A program made the translations under genes and the position numbers. This document shows, in pieces, positions 39,000-49,348 of a DNA stretch of 64,000 nucleotides. Each line of letters starts with the position of its first letter. Positions within the stretch are counted from its first letter, which is position 1. The notes beneath the pieces were generated by a model. That model was not told the origin of the DNA, did no database searches, and was given only the letters and a program-made list of their open reading frames with translations. Source of the DNA: Caedibacter sp. 37-49 (lineage in GTDB: Bacteria; Pseudomonadota; Alphaproteobacteria; Caedimonadales; Caedimonadaceae); the NCBI GenBank assembly GCA_001898725.1, contig MKUV01000008.1, positions 42,211-106,210 of the forward strand. The letters are read 5' to 3'.

Positions 39000-40976
39000 T
39001 TAAATCTTCTGAAGAATACTCGTACCTTTTTTCTTGGTCTCTTTAACATGTGTTTGCTTATACTCTGGAACGAGATCTCTTAAAAGATTTAAACTTTTTA
39101 CCGTTTCACGAGCTCGTGCGGTTGTCTCAAGCTCATTTATTTTATCTTGCAAAACTTTATAAGATAACACTTGAGGAGAAGCCAACATTAAACCCGGACA
39201 AGAGGTAGGAACTAATTTTTCAGTTTCATAAAAAAGTTCCTCATAGAGTTTCTCACCAGGCCTTAAGCCTGTATAATTAATTTTGATATCCTTCTCCGGT
39301 GTCAAACCTGCTAACAAAATCATTTGATACGCTAAATCTTTGATTTTAACTGATTCCCCCATTTCAAGCACATAGATCTGTCCGTTTGATTTGTTACTTC
39401 CATAGCCAAGTGCTGCAGCTTGTAAAACCAACTCGACGGCTTCACGTACTAACATAAAGTAACGACGGATATTTGGATCTGTCAACGTGATAGGCCCACC
39501 TCGACTAATCTGACGTTGAAATAAAGGTACGACCGATCCTGTAGATCCTAAAACATTCCCAAACCTTGTCGTAACAAATTTTGTTCCTTCATTAAGGGCG
39601 TCTAAAGCTTGGCAATAACTTTCAGCCAGACGCTTTGTTGCGCCCATCACACCTATTGGGTTAACTGCTTTGTCCGTTGAGATAAAGACCATGGCTTTCA
39701 CTTTAAAAGCACGACAAGCCTCAGCAATATTTTTAGTTCCTATTACATTCGTTAGGATTGTTTCATTTGCATTTGCTTCAGCAATTGGAACATGCTTGAG
39801 CGCAGCAGCGTGGAAAACTATTTCAGGTTTCTCAATATTGAAAAGATTATTTATACGTTTAGTATCAGAAACATCTGCTAAGCAAATTGAACGAGATAAA
39901 GAGGGAGATTTTTCTGTAAGATGAAGATCTAATGAATAGAGTGAATATTCTGAATGATCAACCAAACTTAAGTGAAGCGGCCCAAAATCCGCAATTTGCC
40001 TTACAAGCTCACCACCTATCGTTCCGCCAGCACCGGTTACCATGATTCTTTTTCCATGAATAAAATCATGCATACTTTTGCGATCCAAAATCACCTCTGG
40101 ACGATGTAACAAGTCCTCAATAGAAATAGGTTCCATTTCAATATTTCGAGAAGGTGATTTTTTGAAATCAGTTAATTTTGGGGCACGAGCAACATCGACT
40201 TTTAGATTCTTAGTAATTTCTATAATTTTTCTTAAAGGTTCTCCCTTAAGTTCAGGATCTGTAATCACAAAATAATTAGGAGGATTCCCAGTTGCATTTA
40301 GATGAGAAACAACTTTCTTTAAATCATCTACCGTTCCTATAACTTCTACGCCATGCACTTTCCCGCCCAATCGATGATGAGCACAATCAATAATGCCAAC
40401 TATCTGATATGTATGCTTTGCATACCGATGAACGTCTTGAATGAAATGGCCTGTTTGATCTGAAATACCAATTAAAAGTAATCGAGAAAGAGCATCTTGT
40501 GGCACCGAGAATTTTTCTTCTTGAAAAGAAATATAATCTTGAAGGATACGGTATATAAAACGACCTGCACTTAAAAGGCTAATATTAAGCCCCCACACAA
40601 GAATAATCACCGAGCGAGGCATTATGATTGTTTGTGACATTACCACCATAGCAGGAATATAAAGCAGGACTGAGCAAGTAACAGAGATAACGATCGTCAT
40701 AACTTCATATAGAGAAACATATCGCCACATTGCACTGTAAGTTCTTAACCATAAAAATATGCTTATTGAGAATAAACTGAAAACAAGCATATGTTTAATA
40801 ATAAAATCTGAAGGATAATTTATAATGTCAGCCCCAACACGTATCCATAAAGCTAAAGGAAGTGCCATAAGTGACATTAAAAAATCGTAGAAAATTACAA
40901 TATATTTACGATCAATAAATTTGAAAATATTGGATGCTTTTTTTAAAAATTTAACAGCCATTAAATTTGGTCTCAT
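39000..40976 (-). CDS. Membrane-bound nucleotide-sugar 4,6-dehydratase (CapD/PglF/WbpM family)
   Basis: Four N-terminal TMs; VTGAGGTIG, HAAALKHVP, STDKAVNP, MGATKR, RFGNVLGS and GLRPGEKLYEEL motifs. Confidence 0.92.
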   Translation of the reverse strand: MRPNLMAVKFLKKASNIFKFIDRKYIVIFYDFLMSLMALPLALWIRVGADIINYPSDFIIKHMLVFSLFSISIFLWLRTYSAMWRYVSLYEVMTIVISVTCSVLLYIPAMVVMSQTIIMPRSVIILVWGLNISLLSAGRFIYRILQDYISFQEEKFSVPQDALSRLLLIGISDQTGHFIQDVHRYAKHTYQIVGIIDCAHHRLGGKVHGVEVIGTVDDLKKVVSHLNATGNPPNYFVITDPELKGEPLRKIIEITKNLKVDVARAPKLTDFKKSPSRNIEMEPISIEDLLHRPEVILDRKSMHDFIHGKRIMVTGAGGTIGGELVRQIADFGPLHLSLVDHSEYSLYSLDLHLTEKSPSLSRSICLADVSDTKRINNLFNIEKPEIVFHAAALKHVPIAEANANETILTNVIGTKNIAEACRAFKVKAMVFISTDKAVNPIGVMGATKRLAESYCQALDALNEGTKFVTTRFGNVLGSTGSVVPLFQRQISRGGPITLTDPNIRRYFMLVREAVELVLQAAALGYGSNKSNGQIYVLEMGESVKIKDLAYQMILLAGLTPEKDIKINYTGLRPGEKLYEELFYETEKLVPTSCPGLMLASPQVLSYKVLQDKINELETTARARETVKSLNLLRDLVPEYKQTHVKETKKKGTSILQKI

Positions 40977-40984
40977 AACGTAAC

Positions 40985-41956
40985 CTAAAAATTTTGTTTT
41001 TTACTAGATAAAAACCATCTAACGGTTTCTTCTAAGCCTTGGGTTATCGAAAAACGTGGCTGCCAACCTAGATCAGATCGTATCTTTTGATTATTCACTT
41101 GTAAAGGCGATGACAGCCTTAAGAACGCTTGTTGTCTTTTTAAGATTTTAAAAATAAGCTCAAGAATAATTAAAGGGCAATACCATAAATTTTTAGGTAC
41201 ATTCATAATATTTCGCATACAGGTAATGAGTTCCTGAACCGATAAATCTTCTCCATCACATAATAAGAAAGTTTCATTTCTTGCCTTTGGATTCATCAAA
41301 GCTAAATATATAATATCTAATAAATTTTCAATATAAATTAAACTACGCTTATTGTTAAGTGCTGAAAATGGTAAAGGCAATTTTGAAGCACTTATAGCCA
41401 ATAGATCAGAAAAATTGCCTTTTACTTTTGGCCCATAGATGAGCGGAGGTCTCAAAATTGTATAACTCATCTTGTTATCTTGACAGTAACCTTTAATAGC
41501 TTCTTCTGCTTGTAACTTTGACTCACCATATTCATCTATTGGCATAGGAACATCTTGTTCAACGAATGGCTTTATATGAGTTTCCTCTCCATTCACTTTA
41601 ATGGAACTCAAATAAATAAAATGCTTTACTCCAGCCTTATAAGAAGCTTGAACCAATGCTTTTGTACCTGTTACATTAATATTAAATAGATTACAAACAT
41701 CCTGTTGGCGTTTTGAATAATTTCCTTGCTTAACGCCATGTGCGTGGGCTGCAAGATGAATAACTACCTCAACGCCATCTAATGCTTGCACCCATTCTTC
41801 TTCGTTCGCAATATCATTAATAAGTGAATAGTCATAAGGATATTCAACTGGCTGCCTCCGCAATGCAGCTTTAATAATCATGCCTTTTTTTTTCAAGAAA
41901 GGACATAAAGCTTGCCCTACAAAACCTGAAGCGCCAGTAACTAATAGTTTAACCAT
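40985..41956 (-). CDS. NAD-dependent epimerase/dehydratase (WbpV-like)
   Basis: LVTGASGFVG, HLAA, YGESK, RPPLIYGP.VKGNF and NKRSLIYIENL motifs. Confidence 0.88.
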   Translation of the reverse strand: MVKLLVTGASGFVGQALCPFLKKKGMIIKAALRRQPVEYPYDYSLINDIANEEEWVQALDGVEVVIHLAAHAHGVKQGNYSKRQQDVCNLFNINVTGTKALVQASYKAGVKHFIYLSSIKVNGEETHIKPFVEQDVPMPIDEYGESKLQAEEAIKGYCQDNKMSYTILRPPLIYGPKVKGNFSDLLAISASKLPLPFSALNNKRSLIYIENLLDIIYLALMNPKARNETFLLCDGEDLSVQELITCMRNIMNVPKNLWYCPLIILELIFKILKRQQAFLRLSSPLQVNNQKIRSDLGWQPRFSITQGLEETVRWFLSSKKQNF

Positions 41957-43247
41957 CTTTACTTTCTAAAAATCTTACAAAAATTACTATCAACCACAAC
42001 CCGCTAATCCACCAACTTTGCCATATTCCATAACTTCCCATGCTTACGAATAATGAGGTTGAAAATGCTGCGTAAGCAGCTGCTCGATTATATTTTTTCT
42101 TAAAAATTTTATTAATACTAATAAGGATTAAACCTATTAAATAAAGGGCTAAGATTATACCCGGAAACCCTAATTCTAACCACATCTGCAAAGGAAAATT
42201 ATGAGGATGTAGAGGCAGTAATTCCAATTCAAAGATATTTAAAAGAGGTGTTTTCTTCTTGATTTCGTCTTCTAATATTGTTTGTGAAAAATATTTACTG
42301 CGCGATGCATCTAAACCCCAACCAGTCAATGGTTTTAAAAGAATATTTTTAGAAACAAAGTGCCAAATATGTAAACGATGATAAAAACTAGGTTTTTTAA
42401 TAAAATTTTGGGTTATGTTAGCAACCCTATCAGATGTAAAAATCTCTTTATATATTAAAGGTGATGTTATAAAAAATACGACGCAAACACTTAACAGAAG
42501 CCATGGCATTAGTCGGTTCATTATTAAAGAGAATGCCCCTATTATTATGCCGATAAGAAAAGCTATTTTTACCGTTGTTGCATCTAAAGATAAAACTACG
42601 ATAATTGTCTGAAATATAAAAGAAAATTGAAATATATATACGAGATATTTAAATTCTTTATCTAACCTGGTATTTAAAAAATAATAACAAGAAGCAACTA
42701 TAGGCCAAATAAGCATAACTTCTAGAGAAAGAGCCTTATTATAAGACGTTAAATGAAAATCCTTTCCTTTAATTAAAGCTATTAGTTTCCCTTGATTAAT
42801 TATTTCTATTAATAACCAACTGTTTGTAATGATAATACCTAAACTAAGTGACCATAATAAACGCCTTTTAAAATGTGCCTCAAAATCTTGAGATAATACC
42901 GTCATAGTTATGCCTGCTAAAAATAAACATAAAAGTTTTATCCACAATTGAAAAGTTTGCCTTGGATCTAATGACCAAATAACACTTAATAAAGACCATA
43001 AAAGGAACAACCCTAGAGCAATAAATAGGTGGTTACGTTTAAAAATTTTAAAAAAATTTTTAAAATGGACGTGTTTTTGGCGACTTACCAAATACCCACA
43101 TTGACTTACGAGTAAAATAAAAAAAAGCGGTACAACACCACGAGAGGAAAAAGTACTTATAGGTAAAATTAATAAGACTAAAAAACTAATCAAACTTTCC
43201 CAAAAAGAGACCCCTTTCAACATTAAAATTCTTCTCCCATTTGACAC
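41949..43247 (-). CDS. O-antigen ligase / Wzy_C family membrane protein
   Basis: About 12 TMs; HR..IW, P.TGWG, HPHNFPLQMWLELGFPG motifs. Confidence 0.82.
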   Translation of the reverse strand: MSNGRRILMLKGVSFWESLISFLVLLILPISTFSSRGVVPLFFILLVSQCGYLVSRQKHVHFKNFFKIFKRNHLFIALGLFLLWSLLSVIWSLDPRQTFQLWIKLLCLFLAGITMTVLSQDFEAHFKRRLLWSLSLGIIITNSWLLIEIINQGKLIALIKGKDFHLTSYNKALSLEVMLIWPIVASCYYFLNTRLDKEFKYLVYIFQFSFIFQTIIVVLSLDATTVKIAFLIGIIIGAFSLIMNRLMPWLLLSVCVVFFITSPLIYKEIFTSDRVANITQNFIKKPSFYHRLHIWHFVSKNILLKPLTGWGLDASRSKYFSQTILEDEIKKKTPLLNIFELELLPLHPHNFPLQMWLELGFPGIILALYLIGLILISINKIFKKKYNRAAAYAAFSTSLFVSMGSYGIWQSWWISGLWLIVIFVRFLESKDG

Positions 43248-43633
43248 AAGTAATCCCAGGATTGATCATCTATTTCCATAACTGAAAGACGGGATTGACG
43301 AACGAGCGGAAGATGAGAAAAATCTGCTATCCTTTTTATATCGCTTAACAATATTGGATTTTTCAATTCTCTTTCGAATTGGACGTCAACACATACAAAA
43401 TGCCCTGTCTTATCAAAAGGATCGGGATAAGCCGATTTAATTACTTTTACAATACCAACAATTTTTCTCTCTTTCCCTGAATGATAGAAAAAACATAAGT
43501 CATTTTTTTGCATTTGTTTCATATTATTGGCTGCTTGATAATTTCTTACACCATCCCAAGCAGTTACTTTATGTTGAATTTGCTGTTCCCATGACCAAGA
43601 CTCAGGTTCAGTTTTCAATAACCATTTTGACAT
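43223..43633 (-). CDS. EVE domain protein
   Basis: WLLKTEP, WDGVRNYQAAN, FFYHS and RQSRLSV motifs; next to gpsA. Confidence 0.93.
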   Translation of the reverse strand: MSKWLLKTEPESWSWEQQIQHKVTAWDGVRNYQAANNMKQMQKNDLCFFYHSGKERKIVGIVKVIKSAYPDPFDKTGHFVCVDVQFERELKNPILLSDIKRIADFSHLPLVRQSRLSVMEIDDQSWDYLCQMGEEF

Positions 43634-43641
43634 GTTCGCTC

Positions 43642-44640
43642 CTAATGAGAATGTAATTCAGTTTTAAGAGGACGTGACAAAAGTGCTACAATTTCACCAT
43701 CAATTGAACTTTGATGATGTAAAATTTTATTGATCCCCATACAAATGGGTAATTCTACTTCTAAAATGGATGCCAACTCAATTGCAGCTTTAGCGGTAAA
43801 AACACCCTCTGTTAACAAACATGCTTTAAGCATTGCTTCAGTAACAATATTATTGTGTCCAATAGCAATTCCTAAAGACATATTTCTGGATTGGTTCGAA
43901 GTGCAAGTTAATACAATATCTCCAACACCTGATGGCCCTAAAAAGGTTTCAGGATGAGCCCCTTTAGCCATCCCCAAACGCGTAATTTCTGCTAAACCAC
44001 GCGTAATAAGTGAAGCACGTGCGCTATCCCCATAACCCCTTGCAGTTGCAATTCCAGCAGCAATTGCAATGACGTTTTTGAGTGCGCCAGAAATTTCAAC
44101 ACCAACAATATCATTTGAAGGATAAACTCTAAAGTTTTGGCTACTTAATGTACTCGCTAACCATCGGCTTGACTCAATTTCTCTTGTCGATAGCGTAGCA
44201 GCTGTTGGCTGGCCTATTGCTACATCGCGAGCAAAAGTAGGGCCTGATAAAACTGAGACAGAAATTTCAGGAAGAATCTCATAAATTATCTCGCTCATGA
44301 GTAAACCCGTACCTATCTCAATCCCCTTTGAACATATAACAAGATAACTATTCTTAGGGATGTCCTTTTTAATATGCTGAACAAATGTCCTAACGGTTTG
44401 AGCCGGAATAGCTAAAAGGATTATATCTGCGCTTAAAGCATCTTTAAGTGAAGCAGTAATTGTCAGATCTTCAGGAAGGATAATCCCTGGAAGAGCTTTT
44501 TGGTTTTCTCTGGATTTTTTTATCTGCTCAGCACTATTTGGATCTCTCATCCAAAGGCATGTTTTATTCTCTGCTCTAGCAGCTACCAAGGCAAGTGCAG
44601 TCCCCCAAGCACCTCCACCTAAAACACTAACAGTCGTCAT
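43642..44640 (-). CDS. gpsA: NAD(P)H-dependent glycerol-3-phosphate dehydrogenase
   Basis: GGGAWGTALA, SKGIE, LSGPTFA, ALKNVIAIAAG and GDIVLTC..SRN motifs. Confidence 0.96.
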   Translation of the reverse strand: MTTVSVLGGGAWGTALALVAARAENKTCLWMRDPNSAEQIKKSRENQKALPGIILPEDLTITASLKDALSADIILLAIPAQTVRTFVQHIKKDIPKNSYLVICSKGIEIGTGLLMSEIIYEILPEISVSVLSGPTFARDVAIGQPTAATLSTREIESSRWLASTLSSQNFRVYPSNDIVGVEISGALKNVIAIAAGIATARGYGDSARASLITRGLAEITRLGMAKGAHPETFLGPSGVGDIVLTCTSNQSRNMSLGIAIGHNNIVTEAMLKACLLTEGVFTAKAAIELASILEVELPICMGINKILHHQSSIDGEIVALLSRPLKTELHSH

Positions 44641-45683
44641 TATTCTCCCCCTTTTATAGACTCAAGTGGCCAGCGTGGTTTAGGCGCAAAATCTAATGCA
44701 TCTATTGCTTTTAATCTCAATTTTTCAATACCAGCCCAAGCAATCATCGCAGCATTATCTGTACATAAAACAGCAGGTGGTGCAATAAATTTTATTCCAA
44801 AGTTTTGACAAACTTTTTGTAACGCCTCTCGCAATGACTGATTTGATGCAACGCCACCAGCGACAACAAAGGCATTCAGTGCAATTCCCTGATGTAAACA
44901 AACCTCTAAAGCATTAGAAGAACGATCCGTAAGGATGTCAATAACAGTTGTTTGAAAAGATGCGGCCATATCTTGGCAATCTTCTTCTTGCATAAAAGGT
45001 AATTTTGCTATTTCTTGACGCACAGCTGTTTTTAATCCAGAAAATGAAAATGAACATTTTAAAGATGCATCCTTATGGTGCAAAAGAGGACGCGGCAAAC
45101 CAAATTTTTTAGGGTCTCCTAATCTTGCTAACCGTTCAATAGAAGGACCTCCTGGATAAGACAAACCTAAGATTTTTGCAACTTTATCAAAGGCTTCACC
45201 AACGGCATCATCTAAAGTTGTTCCTAGCAAAATGTACTCTAATGCACTTTTTACTATCAACAGTTGACTATGTCCCCCGGAAACAAGCAAAAGCAGATAA
45301 GGAAAGTCTAAAGGTTCAGCAAGACGTGCAGTTAAGGCATGACCGGCAAGATGATTAATAGCAAGAAAGGGAATCTTTTTTGCAGCAGCAATAGCTTTAG
45401 CCATCGTTACTCCAACAAAAACGCCTCCTATAAGGCCTGGTCCTGCAGTTACAGCAATGCCTTCTAAATCATCTAAGGTAACATTTGCTTGCTGTAAAGC
45501 TTGAGAAATTATTGTTTCGAGAACTTCTAAATGAGCTCGTGCACCTACTTCAGGAACAACTCCACCATAAGTCTTGTGCTCATCTATTTGTGAAATTAGA
45601 ACATTTGAAAGAATCTTTCTTTCCGAACTTACAACTGCTGCAGAAGTTTCATCACAACTTGTTTCAATTCCTAGAACCAACAT
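44640..45683 (-). CDS. tsaD: t6A tRNA modification enzyme TsaD
   Basis: LGIETSCDET, GGVVPE, HLAGH, VSGGHS, GEAFDK, FSFSGLKT and CTDNAAMIA motifs. Confidence 0.97.
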   Translation of the reverse strand: MLVLGIETSCDETSAAVVSSERKILSNVLISQIDEHKTYGGVVPEVGARAHLEVLETIISQALQQANVTLDDLEGIAVTAGPGLIGGVFVGVTMAKAIAAAKKIPFLAINHLAGHALTARLAEPLDFPYLLLLVSGGHSQLLIVKSALEYILLGTTLDDAVGEAFDKVAKILGLSYPGGPSIERLARLGDPKKFGLPRPLLHHKDASLKCSFSFSGLKTAVRQEIAKLPFMQEEDCQDMAASFQTTVIDILTDRSSNALEVCLHQGIALNAFVVAGGVASNQSLREALQKVCQNFGIKFIAPPAVLCTDNAAMIAWAGIEKLRLKAIDALDFAPKPRWPLESIKGGE

Positions 45684-45790
45684 TAAAAAAATACACCACC
45701 GTTAATTTATTTATAAGGACAAAAAGTGACTTGTTTCATCCTCAATCTATGCTTTAATGACGTGAATCTCAAATTAAAAAGAAGTTTAAA

Positions 45791-46690
45791 ATGCGTCCTA
45801 TTATTCTTGGCACTCGAAAGAGCCCTTTGGCATTAAAGCAAGCTGATATTGTCAAAGTCGCTTTACAGAAGCAAGGACATAATAATGTTGAAATAAAAAC
45901 CTATCAAACAAGTGGGGATACATTAAGTCATGCGCCTCTTTCAAATTATGGAGGAAAGGGATTATTTACCAAAGAAATTGAAGAAGCTCTTTTGCGAAAA
46001 GAAATTGATCTTGCCGTCCATTCTATGAAGGATGTAGAAACATATCTTCCAGAAAATCTCGTTATTCCCTGCATTCCAGTGCGAGAGAATCCATGTGATG
46101 TCTTAGTTTCAAAATATAATTATACGCTTGAAAGTTTACCTTTTGGTGCAACTGTTGGCACTTCTTCCTTAAGAAGGCACGCCTTGCTGATGCATTTAAG
46201 ACCAGACCTTAAAATTGTTCCCCTAAGAGGAAATGTAGGAACGCGCATAAAAAAAATTCAAGATGGCTATGCTGATGCGACAGTTTTAGCTTACGCTGGC
46301 CTTTCGAGATTGAATCAATTAGAAAATATTGTTCCTCTTGAGATAGATCTCTTTATACCAGCTCTTGCACAAGGCGCACTAGGTATACAATGCCGTCAAG
46401 ATGATACTATAATCTACGAAATTCTCATGCATATTCATGATAAAAAGATAGGATTTTGTATTGAAGTTGAAAGAACTTTTTTACGTGCAATTGATGGCTC
46501 CTGTCGCACCCCCGTTGGCGGACTTGCACAATATTTAAATGAAAACGAGATCAGCTTCAGAAGCTTCGTATCTGATCCTCAAGGAAAACAAATCTGCTAC
46601 GAAAAGATTGTCTGTGCCCCAAAATCTATTTTAAAAGAAGTCGATTTTTTAGGAAAAAAAATGCGCAAATGGCTTGAAGATTCCCATTAA
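45791..46690 (+). CDS. hemC: Hydroxymethylbilane synthase
   Basis: GTRKSPLA, GGKGLFTKEIE, VHSMKD, GTSSLRR and LRGNVGTR motifs. Confidence 0.97.
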   Translation: MRPIILGTRKSPLALKQADIVKVALQKQGHNNVEIKTYQTSGDTLSHAPLSNYGGKGLFTKEIEEALLRKEIDLAVHSMKDVETYLPENLVIPCIPVRENPCDVLVSKYNYTLESLPFGATVGTSSLRRHALLMHLRPDLKIVPLRGNVGTRIKKIQDGYADATVLAYAGLSRLNQLENIVPLEIDLFIPALAQGALGIQCRQDDTIIYEILMHIHDKKIGFCIEVERTFLRAIDGSCRTPVGGLAQYLNENEISFRSFVSDPQGKQICYEKIVCAPKSILKEVDFLGKKMRKWLEDSH

Positions 46691-46733
46691 ATTATTCTAA
46701 TCTGTTTAACAATCTTTATTTGCAAGGTTTAAA

Positions 46734-48563
46734 ATGTCCTATTTGTATCGCCTCTTTCTGTTTTTCATGACTTTAGAAGTTCTTTTTATATCTCAAAGTG
46801 TTTGTAAAGAACATGGCATCGCCATGCATGGGAAACTTAAATATCCCTTAAACTTTACTCACTTCTCTACAGTCAATCCTGATGCTCCAAAAGGTGGGAA
46901 ACTTTGTCTCGGTGTCACTGGCACTTTTGACAGCCTTAATCCGTATGTCATTAAAGGAACACCTCCTGCTGGCCTTAGTATTTTTAGTGAACGCTTAGTC
47001 TTTGAAAGTCTTATGAAACGTTCCCCTGATGAAGCTTTTTCACTTTACGGATTGATTGCTGAATTTGTTGATCTGGCCCCAAATCGGTCTTGGATCATTT
47101 TCTACTTAAACCCCAAAGCTAAATGGCCCAATGATAGCCCTATCACAGCGGATGATATTATTTTTAGTTTTGAAACTTTAAAAGAAAAAGGACTTGCAAA
47201 TTACCGTCTATTTTTCAAAAAGATCGCTAAGGTTGAAAAAATCAATGATTATACAGTTAAATTCTCATTTCTAGCTGATAGCAACGACGGAACATTCGAT
47301 CCTGAAGCCCCTATGCTTATCAGTCTTCTCCCTATTTTGCCAAAATACTTTTTTAAAGGTCGTGACTTTGAAAAAGTAACGCATGAAGAAATTCCTGGAA
47401 GCGGCCCGTATAAAATTAAGACTTTAAAAATGGGTCACAGAATTAGTTATGAGCGGCGTCCTAATTATTGGGGAGAAAATCTTCCTGTTAATGTTGGATT
47501 TTATAATTTTTCAGAAGTCCAATTTGATTATTACCGTGATTCAAAAGTTGCTTTAGAAGCTTTTAAAGCTGGCGAGTATGATATAAGAGGTGAATCAGAA
47601 CCAGGCCAGTGGATTGAAAATTATAATTTTCCTGCCATAAAAGAAGGAAAAGTTATTAGAATGGAACTTAATCACAAAAGACCTGTTGGGATGAGAGCCT
47701 TTATTTTTAATACACGCAAAGATTTATTTAAAAATGAAAAAGTTCGACATGCTCTCTCGTACGCATTTGATTTTGAATGGTTAAATCAATCTTTATTCCA
47801 TAATTGTTTTACCAGAACGAAAAGTTATTTTGACAATACTATCCTCGCCAATGATGGTATACCTCAAGGAGATGTTTTAAAAATCTTACTAAAATTTAAA
47901 CAAAATCTTCCATCTTCGTTATTTTCAACTCCCTACTCTCTTCCTATTGCAGGTACAAAAGTTAACTTAAGAAAAAATTTAAAAAAAGCGAGGGATCTTT
48001 TACAAGAATGTGGTTGGGAAATTCATGACTCAAAACTTATACATAAAGAAACAAAAAGACCTTTTGAATTCGAAATCATTCTTTATCGACCTGAAGATGA
48101 AAAAATTACTTTAGCTTATGTTAAAAATCTAAAATTTCTTGGAATTCATGCAAAGGTTCGCACTGTTGATGCAACACAGTATGAACGTCGCTTAGGAACT
48201 TTTGATTACGACATGACAATTCATACCTGGGGACACACACTCTCGCCTGGAAATGAGCAAGCTCTTTATTGGGGATCAAAAGCTGCAGATCAAGAAGGAA
48301 GCCGTAATTATATTGGTATCAAAAACCCTATAGTTGACGAACTATGTCGACTGTTAGCCATGACGAAAAGCTCAGAAGAACTTGTTACTATAGCCAAAGC
48401 TTTAGATCATGTTCTATTATGGAACCATTATGTAATTCCTTTATACCATTCTAATAAAATTTTTCTGGCATATTGGGATAAATTTGATCATCCTCCCTTT
48501 AACCCTCTTGATGGCATAGTCTTGATGAGTTGGTGGTCTAAAAATTTTAAAAAGATTAAATAG
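46734..48563 (+). CDS. Extracellular solute-binding protein family 5 (YejA-like)
   Basis: HGIAMHG.LKY, NPDAPKGG, FDSLNP, GSGPY, FNTR and SPGNEQ..YWGS motifs. Confidence 0.88.
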   Translation: MSYLYRLFLFFMTLEVLFISQSVCKEHGIAMHGKLKYPLNFTHFSTVNPDAPKGGKLCLGVTGTFDSLNPYVIKGTPPAGLSIFSERLVFESLMKRSPDEAFSLYGLIAEFVDLAPNRSWIIFYLNPKAKWPNDSPITADDIIFSFETLKEKGLANYRLFFKKIAKVEKINDYTVKFSFLADSNDGTFDPEAPMLISLLPILPKYFFKGRDFEKVTHEEIPGSGPYKIKTLKMGHRISYERRPNYWGENLPVNVGFYNFSEVQFDYYRDSKVALEAFKAGEYDIRGESEPGQWIENYNFPAIKEGKVIRMELNHKRPVGMRAFIFNTRKDLFKNEKVRHALSYAFDFEWLNQSLFHNCFTRTKSYFDNTILANDGIPQGDVLKILLKFKQNLPSSLFSTPYSLPIAGTKVNLRKNLKKARDLLQECGWEIHDSKLIHKETKRPFEFEIILYRPEDEKITLAYVKNLKFLGIHAKVRTVDATQYERRLGTFDYDMTIHTWGHTLSPGNEQALYWGSKAADQEGSRNYIGIKNPIVDELCRLLAMTKSSEELVTIAKALDHVLLWNHYVIPLYHSNKIFLAYWDKFDHPPFNPLDGIVLMSWWSKNFKKIK

Positions 48564-48565
48564 AA

Positions 48566-49348
48566 ATGTCAAAAAAACATCCTTACCATCTTGTCGATCC
48601 AAGTCCCTGGCCGTTTATGGGAGCTTTTTCTGCATTTATTATAGTCATTGGGACAATATTATCTGCGCGTAAATTCAATTCTTATGTTTTATTTGCAGGA
48701 TTTGGCCTCTTAGCCTTTACGATGATCGGATGGTGGCGCGACATAATTAAAGAAGCTAAAACAGAACATAATGACGTCATTCGACATGGGTTTAAATGGG
48801 GAATTTCGCTTTTTATTGCTTCAGAGTTAATGTTTTTTGTTGCTTTTTTCTGGGCCTATTTTAATGCAAGTTTGATGCCAACATTAGAAATTGGTAGCGT
48901 TTGGCCTCCAAAAAATATAAAAACGATTGATCCTTTTGATCTCCCTTATTTGAATACGCTGATTCTTCTCCTTTCTGGCTCTACAGTAACATGGGCTCAT
49001 TATGATATGCTTGAAGGAAAAATAAAAGACAGTCTTGAGAAATTAGCGGTCACAATCTTATTAGGTACAAGCTTTCTAGGTGTACAAGCTTATGAATATA
49101 TACATGCCGATTTTGCGTTTAAAGGTGGCATTTATCCTTCAACCTTCTATATGGCTACTGGTTTTCATGGCTTCCATGTTTTGATAGGCGTTATCTTCTT
49201 AATTACCTGCTGGTTCCGTGGTCGTTTAGGCCATTTTACAGCAAATGATCATTTTGGGTTTGAAGCAGCTGCTTGGTATTGGCATTTTGTTGACGTAATA
49301 TGGCTCTTTTTATTCGTAAGCATCTATTGGGCTGGATCTAATCATTGA
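48566..49348 (+). CDS. coxC: Cytochrome c oxidase subunit III
   Basis: HPYHLVDPSPWP, FIASE.MFF.AFFWAY, ATGFHGFHV and AAWYWHFVD motifs. Confidence 0.97.
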   Translation: MSKKHPYHLVDPSPWPFMGAFSAFIIVIGTILSARKFNSYVLFAGFGLLAFTMIGWWRDIIKEAKTEHNDVIRHGFKWGISLFIASELMFFVAFFWAYFNASLMPTLEIGSVWPPKNIKTIDPFDLPYLNTLILLLSGSTVTWAHYDMLEGKIKDSLEKLAVTILLGTSFLGVQAYEYIHADFAFKGGIYPSTFYMATGFHGFHVLIGVIFLITCWFRGRLGHFTANDHFGFEAAAWYWHFVDVIWLFLFVSIYWAGSNH

